Below, piece after piece: positions 48,531 to 53,000 of a stretch of 53,000 nucleotides of DNA. Each line of letters begins with the position of its first letter. The first letter of the stretch is position 1. Source of the DNA: Pseudomonadota bacterium (GTDB taxonomy: Archaea > Thermoplasmatota > SW-10-69-26 > JACQPN01 > JAJPHT01); assembly GCA_021325135.1 (NCBI GenBank), contig JAJPHT010000008.1:1-53000 (forward strand), read 5' to 3'. The translations under genes were made by a program, and so were the position numbers. The notes under the pieces are model-generated. The model had not been told where the DNA came from and ran no database searches. It was given only the letters and a program-made list of their open reading frames with translations.

Positions 48531-48595
48531 CGATATCACTCCACGGGGTGTTTAAGGTTGTCGGATATCCGTCACCGGGCCGGGATTCGATATCG
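48531..48595 (-). promoter_or_regulatory. RHH-gene promoter bracketed by three GATATC palindromes
   Basis: CGATATCA 48531-48538, GGATATCC 48563-48570 and CGATATCG 48588-48595 surround the minus-strand CTTAAA box. Confidence 0.65.
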
Positions 48596-48638
48596 CTTGC
48601 TGCGGCAAGGCGGTGTCTGCTCCCCATTTATGCGCTCG

Positions 48639-48769
48639 CTGGGGGCTCCGCCCCCTTTCCCCCGCCACAACCCGAACCCACGAACCACTGGACCACGGAA
48701 TCTTCGGCGTTGGTTCGGGGGTCCCGTGGTCCGGTGGTTTGGCGGGGGAAAAGGGGGCGGAGCCCCCAG
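48639..48769. repeat. ~130-bp long palindrome (MITE/REP-like or structured RNA)
   Basis: CTGGGGGCTCCGCCCCCTTTCCCCCGCCA (48639-48667) matches the reverse complement of 48740-48769 with one extra base; inner stem AACCACTGGACCACGG (48683-48698)/CCGTGGTCCGGTGGTT (48724-48739); 8-nt periodic units inside. Confidence 0.85.
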
Positions 48770-48836
48770 GCAAGGCGCCCCACTCGAAAACGCAACGGGC
48801 GAAATGATCAAAAACGGCCATCGGTTTGCCCGGCCC

Positions 48837-50216
48837 ATGGAGCCCCTCGACCTGCCCACCCTACCGGAGCCGTACCGCATCAAGGCGGTGGAGCGGATCC
48901 GCCGCACGACGCGGGGGGAGCGCGAGCGCCTGCTGGCGGACGCGGGGTACAACGTGTTCGCGCTGCGCAGCGACGACGTGTACGTCGACCTGCTCACGGA
49001 CTCGGGCGTGGGCGCCATGAGCGACCGCCAGTGGAGCGCGCTCATGGCCGGCGACGAGTCCTACGCCGGGGCGCGCAGCTTCGCCCGCTTCGAGGAGGCC
49101 GTGCGGCGCCTCCTGGGCTTCCCCCGCGTCATCCCCACGCACCAGGGGCGCGGCGCGGAGCACGTCCTCTGCGCGGCGCTGGTCAACGCGGGCGACGTGA
49201 TCCCGGGCAACGCGCACTTCGACACGACGAAGGCGCACATCGAGCACCGCGGCGGCGTCGCGCTGGACGTCACCATCGACGAGGCCTCCAAGCCCCAGAG
49301 CCGCCACCCCTTCAAGGGGAACGTGGACGTGGCGAAGCTGCGCGCCGCGCTGCGCGAGCACCAGGGCAAGGTCCCCTTCGTGCTCGTGACCGTCACCTGC
49401 AACACCGTGGGCGGGCAGCCCGTCTCGCTGGCCAACCTGCGCGAGGTGCGCGCCGCCTGCGACGATGCCCGCGTGCCCCTCATGCTGGACATCGCGCGCT
49501 ACGCGGAGAACTCCCTCTTCATCAAGCGCCGCGAGCACCCGGAGATGGGCGTGCGCGAGATCGCCCGCGCCACCATGGACCTCGCGGACGCCGTGACCAT
49601 GAGCGCGAAGAAGGACGCCTACGTGAACATCGGCGGCTTCCTCGCGCTGCGCTCCGAGGCGCTCTTCGAGAAGGTCGCGCCCTACGCGGTGCTCTACGAA
49701 GGCTTCCTCACCTACGGAGGCCTCGCGGGGCGCGACCTGGAGGCCATGGCCGTGGGGCTGGAGGAGGGGCTCGACGAGGACACCCTCGCGCACCGCATCG
49801 GCCAGGTGCACGGCCTCGGGCGCGGCCTGGAGGCGGCGGGCATCCCCGTGCTCACGCCCTACGGCGGGCACGCCATCTACGTCGACGCCGCCGCGTTCCT
49901 GCCCCACCTGCGCCGCGAGCAGTTCCCCGCGCAGGCGCTCGTCGCGGAGCTGTATCTCGAAGGCGGCGTGCGCGCCGTGGAGGTGGGCGCGGTCATGGCC
50001 GGGCGCGACCCCGCCACCGGGAAGCACCGCTTCCCCGACCTGGAGCTGGTGCGCCTCGCGGTGCCGCGCCGCACGTACACCCAGGCGCACCTGGACCACG
50101 TCGTGCGCACCGCGAAGGCCGTCTGGGAGCGCCGCTCCAAGGTGAAGGGAGTGGCGTTCGCCCGCGAGACGCCCATCCTGCGCCACTTCACGAGCACGTT
50201 CGCGCGGACCGAGTGA
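48837..50216 (+). CDS. tnaA: Tryptophanase (tryptophan indole-lyase; PLP beta-eliminating lyase)
   Basis: 459 aa from ATG 48837; PEPYRIK, DLLTDSG, GDESYAG, PTHQGRGAE, HFDTT, MSAKKD (PLP Lys), LRHFT. SAKKD and RHFT favour tryptophanase over tyrosine phenol-lyase (SGKKD, RFFT). Confidence 0.9.
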   Translation: MEPLDLPTLPEPYRIKAVERIRRTTRGERERLLADAGYNVFALRSDDVYVDLLTDSGVGAMSDRQWSALMAGDESYAGARSFARFEEAVRRLLGFPRVIPTHQGRGAEHVLCAALVNAGDVIPGNAHFDTTKAHIEHRGGVALDVTIDEASKPQSRHPFKGNVDVAKLRAALREHQGKVPFVLVTVTCNTVGGQPVSLANLREVRAACDDARVPLMLDIARYAENSLFIKRREHPEMGVREIARATMDLADAVTMSAKKDAYVNIGGFLALRSEALFEKVAPYAVLYEGFLTYGGLAGRDLEAMAVGLEEGLDEDTLAHRIGQVHGLGRGLEAAGIPVLTPYGGHAIYVDAAAFLPHLRREQFPAQALVAELYLEGGVRAVEVGAVMAGRDPATGKHRFPDLELVRLAVPRRTYTQAHLDHVVRTAKAVWERRSKVKGVAFARETPILRHFTSTFARTE

Positions 50217-51036
50217 GCTCCCACGCGCGGCGCGCGACGGGCAGCAGGCGCGCGCGAGGCGGCGCCATCGCGCCGCGCTCCTGGCCGGGGCCTCCGCCGC
50301 TCAGGCGGCTGCGGACCCACGCGGGCGGCTTGTACGCGGCGAGGATCATGAGCGTCGCCACGAGGCCCACGACGCGCGCCGTGAGCGGCCACCAGTACCA
50401 CTGGCCCAGGGGCGTCGCGCTGGCGACGCCCGCGCTGCCGAACCAGAGCAGGAACGCGCCGCTGGTCATGCCGATGCGATAGCGCACGATGCGGTCCTCG
50501 GTGCGGAAGTAGAGCGTGCCGTAGGCCAGCGCCACGGCGAGCACGGGCACGAGCACGGTGACGAGCACGCCCACGATGACCCAGCCGCCCGGCTCGGCCA
50601 CGTACTGGAGCGAGACCATCCAGTCGTCCACCTTGACGGCGGAGGGCGTGAGCGAGGCCACGACGTAGCCGTAGAACGCGAGGATCGCCAGGTGGAGGAT
50701 GGTGATGGGGAAGAACACGCGCGCGCTGCCCGTGTAGATGAACGCGAGGTACGAGACGAGCCCCCAGAGGAGCGCGACCAGCGGGATCACCGAGAGGTCG
50801 TTGAGGACGACGTGCGTCGCGAGGTCGCGGTTCCCCGCGAGCACCAGCGCGGAGCGCACGGCTCCCAGGAGCGTGACGACGGCGAGGCCGTACCACCAGA
50901 CCGCGAAGAGGCGCAGCGCGCGCCGGCCCCCGTCGTCGGCCGCGGAGCGGCGACGCACGATCTCGCCCACGTAGGCGAAAAGGAGCGCCGTCACGACGGC
51001 GAGCAAGGCATCCAGCGCAAGGGTGCCAGTCGTCAT
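50188..51036 (-). CDS. Multi-pass (~7 TM) membrane protein, hypothetical
   Basis: 282 aa; seven hydrophobic segments; CTTAAG TATA-like box about 30 nt upstream (51064-51069); 29-nt convergent overlap with tnaA. Confidence 0.8.
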   Translation of the reverse strand: MTTGTLALDALLAVVTALLFAYVGEIVRRRSAADDGGRRALRLFAVWWYGLAVVTLLGAVRSALVLAGNRDLATHVVLNDLSVIPLVALLWGLVSYLAFIYTGSARVFFPITILHLAILAFYGYVVASLTPSAVKVDDWMVSLQYVAEPGGWVIVGVLVTVLVPVLAVALAYGTLYFRTEDRIVRYRIGMTSGAFLLWFGSAGVASATPLGQWYWWPLTARVVGLVATLMILAAYKPPAWVRSRLSGGGPGQERGAMAPPRARLLPVARRAWELTRSARTCS

Positions 51037-51064
51037 ATCGCGCTGGGCACTCGGGGCTGGACGC

Positions 51065-51334
51065 TTAAGCCGCTCGGCTTCGATCCGTCTGCACCCGGGT
51101 GATGTGGTAGCCTTCGCGCGGCCCCTTGAGATGTACGACTCCGTTGGCGAAACGTTTCACAACACGCAGAGGTGCGAGGCGCGGCGGATGGCCTGATGCG
51201 GGGTCCTCGACGAACGCCAGCCACTTGGGGCGCCCATGCCGGTCTGCCTGCACGCCCACGACGACGCCCAGGTCCTCGCCGATGCCGCTGAGCAGGCGCG
51301 CGCCCTCCAGCGGAGTGCCCCGCGCGGGGATCAT
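51065..51334 (-). CDS. Small PRC-barrel-like protein
   Basis: 89 aa from ATG 51334 (or GTG 51337): LEGARLLSGIGEDLGVVVGVQADRHGRPKWLAF...APLRVVKRFANGVVHL resembles the PRC-barrel pattern; starts 22 nt after the HTH gene stop. Confidence 0.5.
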   Translation of the reverse strand: MIPARGTPLEGARLLSGIGEDLGVVVGVQADRHGRPKWLAFVEDPASGHPPRLAPLRVVKRFANGVVHLKGPREGYHITRVQTDRSRAA

Positions 51335-51356
51335 CACGTCCCCCAGGGAAGGGCCT

Positions 51357-51932
51357 TCATCCGACGCGGAGAGGGGGCTCGACGGGGTGCTCGGGAAGCT
51401 CAGGCTCTCCGGACCCGAGGCCTCCCTCGGGCTCGCCCGCGGCGCTGGAGACCTGCGAGAAGTCGACGGCTCTTGCATGTGGCTCACCCAGGACGACGTC
51501 CAACACCTGACGGAACTCCGGCACGAGGTAGTACTCCTTGACCCCGCGGCGCTGGCTCGCGACCAGCATCATCTCCTCCAGCTTCCCCATGTGCCACGCG
51601 ACGGTGCTCTGCGAGAGGCCCGTCATCTGCACGAGCCCCGCCTGGCTCACACCCGGGTGCTGGCGCACCAGCTCCACCATGCGGCGCGTGGGCGCGTGCT
51701 CCAGGGCGGAGAACATGCGCTTCTCGTGGTCCGTGAAGCGCCGGCGGCGCGGGAAGTAGTGCCGGCACCGCCCCTTCTTCACGGTCGTCACCATGTCGAA
51801 GCTCCTGAGGATGTTCAAGTGATACTTCAGCGTGCTCGTGGGCACGCCCAGGTCGCGGCCCATCTTCCCGAGATAGCTTCCCGGGGTCTGGACGAGCAGA
51901 TCCATGATCCGCTCGCGCAGCCCATTGTCCAT
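51357..51932 (-). CDS. Archaeal double winged-helix transcriptional regulator (COG3398-like)
   Basis: 191 aa from ATG 51932; two wHTH units: RERIMDLLVQTPG...STLKYHLNIL and RRMVELVRQHPGVSQAGL...STVAWHMGKLEE. Confidence 0.85.
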   Translation of the reverse strand: MDNGLRERIMDLLVQTPGSYLGKMGRDLGVPTSTLKYHLNILRSFDMVTTVKKGRCRHYFPRRRRFTDHEKRMFSALEHAPTRRMVELVRQHPGVSQAGLVQMTGLSQSTVAWHMGKLEEMMLVASQRRGVKEYYLVPEFRQVLDVVLGEPHARAVDFSQVSSAAGEPEGGLGSGEPELPEHPVEPPLRVG

Positions 51933-52170
51933 GAGCTCGCCGCGCTCTAGCAGCTTGTGCGCCAATGCACCACCTCGCGATGGACCATTGGCATGACGTT
52001 GGACGCGGGATGCGTCATCACGATACTGGTACGGGCAGCGAAGACGCGGCCACCGGCGCGGGGGAGGACCGGGGCGAGCGACCGGACGCCTGGCGCCTGG
52101 ACGCGTCAAGCGTGCGCAAGCCCGGCTGCACGCCCGAAACGGCTAACAAGGCAAGCAGGCTCGCGGCCGC

Positions 52171-52554
52171 GTGACCGCCATCCGCGCCCTCCTCCTTGCG
52201 ACCCTGACGATCCTTCCTGCCGCCCTCCTCCTCGCCCCCGGCGCCTCCGCCGCGTGCGCGAGCCAGCCCGTCGACGCGGGCCCCGTCACGAGCGAGGCCC
52301 ACGCCTGCGCGACGCCGGGCGTCACGGGCACGTGCAACCTCTCGCCCCTGCCCCGCGTGGATGAGGGCTTCGATGCGGGCTACGTCGCCACGGCGACCGT
52401 CCCCGCGGGCGTCGACACGCTCAGCGTGACCGCGGGCCCCCAGCTCGTGAACGTGGGCGACGACTGCGCCGGCACCACGACCTACCCGACGTTCCGGTGC
52501 GACGTCCGGGACTCGGCCGCGCTCGTGGGCCGCCCCTGCGCCGTCGCGGTCTGA
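52171..52554 (+). CDS. Small secreted Cys-rich protein
   Basis: 127 aa; GTG start; signal peptide ending ASA; 6 Cys; GC3-biased codons; AT-richer box GAAACGGCTAACAA upstream. Confidence 0.65.
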   Translation: MTAIRALLLATLTILPAALLLAPGASAACASQPVDAGPVTSEAHACATPGVTGTCNLSPLPRVDEGFDAGYVATATVPAGVDTLSVTAGPQLVNVGDDCAGTTTYPTFRCDVRDSAALVGRPCAVAV

Positions 52555-52585
52555 GGCCCGCGCGCGACAGCGCCCTCGCTGAGGG

Positions 52586-52590
52586 AAAAA
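52586..52590 (-). terminator. Oligo-T terminator after tRNA-Trp
   Basis: TTTTT on the minus strand 3 nt downstream of the tRNA discriminator base. Confidence 0.55.
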
Positions 52591-52607
52591 GAGTGGGGGC
52601 ACTGGGA

Positions 52608-52639
52608 ATTTCACCCACCCGGTCGCGAAGCCGGGGAGC
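52608..52639 (-). other. 32-nt non-canonical tRNA intron in the T-loop (position 59/60) with strict BHB motif
   Basis: GGG-TTCA-AA|G-CTC-CCCGG...CCGGG-T-GGG-TGAA-AT|T-CCC: 4-bp TTCA/TGAA helix flanked by two 3-nt bulges; cutting after the 2nd bulge base restores TTCAAAT. Confidence 0.9.
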
Positions 52640-52660
52640 TTTGAACCCAGACAAGCAGGT

Positions 52661-52768
52661 CTCTTCTACGATTGCGCGTTCTGCGCTCCAGTCACACGTC
52701 AACGCTCCCCCTGCCTCGGCCGAGGCGGGGTCGCTCAGCAGACCTGGTGATCGTCATGTGGCTCGTAA
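52661..52768 (-). ncRNA. 108-nt tRNA-Trp intron (37/38) encoding a box C/D guide RNA for 2'-O-methylation of C34 and C39
   Basis: C box ATGACGA (52757-52751), D' CTGA (52738-52735), C'-like TTGACGT, D-like CAGA; guide CAGGTCT pairs with AGACCTG (N+5 = C39); guide ACTGGAGC pairs with GCTCCAGT (N+5 = C34), matching the known euryarchaeal pre-tRNA-Trp arrangement. Confidence 0.9.
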
Positions 52769-52886
52769 CTGGAGCCTGCCGTCATGCCTGGTTAGACCAT
52801 GCCCCCGGTGGGAGCCCGCCCGGGGAGCGGGTGTCGGGGCCGCGTCTGGGGCGGCCCCCGCGAAGCGCCGAAGCGCCGGTGCCTGC

Positions 52887-52997
52887 CTACAGGCCACGGC
52901 GCATCTTGGCGGCGCGCCTCCTTCGGCGCATCTTCTTCTTCCGCCACTTCCAGCGCTGGTTTCCCTTCTTCTTCCAGACTCGGGAACTCCTCTTCAT
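52887..52997 (-). CDS. rpl41e: Ribosomal protein eL41 (L41e)-like (not in ORF track)
   Basis: 36 aa MKRSSRVWKKKGNQRWKWRKKKMRRRRRAAKMRRGL; the RWKWRKKxMRR core and extreme basicity match archaeal eL41. Confidence 0.85.
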   Translation of the reverse strand: MKRSSRVWKKKGNQRWKWRKKKMRRRRRAAKMRRGL

Positions 52998-53000
52998 GGG

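Larger units (their letters stand above)
52594..52806 (-). tRNA. trnW: tRNA-Trp(CCA) with two introns (exons 52806-52769, 52660-52640, 52607-52594; 73 nt spliced, 3' CCA not encoded)
   Basis: Acceptor GGGGGCA/TGCCCCC + A discriminator; D-stem GTC/GAC; anticodon stem GCAGG/CCTGC with CT-CCA-GA loop after splicing; T arm CTGGG-TTCAAAT-CCCAG after removing the second intron. Confidence 0.95.

Noticed and set aside
48600-48836. TnaC-like Trp leader peptide upstream of tnaA
   Set aside because: No short terminated ORF with TnaC features; the two in-frame Trp codons arise from the palindromic element.
48837-50216. Tyrosine phenol-lyase assignment
   Set aside because: MSAKKD and LRHFT match tryptophanase rather than TPL (MSGKKD, LRFFT).
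51335-51487. Longer 140-aa start for the PRC-like ORF
   Set aside because: It would overlap the HTH gene by 131 nt with Ser/Pro low-complexity sequence; the downstream ATG/GTG is more plausible.
1-53000. CRISPR array, transposase, integrase, prophage or rRNA
   Set aside because: No regularly spaced direct repeats with unique spacers and no recognisable mobile-element or rRNA sequence; the repeats found are palindromic hairpins or protein-level repeats.

Overview
GC-rich archaeal DNA, most likely from an uncultured Thermoplasmatota. That assignment is inferred from an archaeal type II GAPDH-like gene, PGF-CTERM-type sorting tails, TATA/BRE promoters, an eL41-like ribosomal protein and a tRNA-Trp with a C/D-box intron. 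About 82% of the window (1471-44946, minus strand) is one translationally coupled nine-gene operon. It encodes five huge cell-surface proteins (4007, 4189, 1365, 2303 and 1237 aa) together with a DUF4350 / MoxR AAA+ / DUF58 / membrane-protein module, and looks like an undescribed giant surface-structure assembly system. The right end holds a divergent secreted Cys-rich protein, ArsR-like, RHH and double-wHTH regulators, tryptophanase, a multi-pass membrane protein, an eL41-like gene missed by the ORF track, and a tRNA-Trp(CCA) with two introns: the canonical C/D-guide intron at 37/38 plus a BHB intron in the T-loop (59/60). Other signals are several long palindromic intergenic elements and a dispersed YGATAKCR motif written into coding sequence with rare codons. 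Most long ORFs in the supplied track are antisense or off-frame shadows of GC-rich genes. Domain names come from motif recognition, not database searches.
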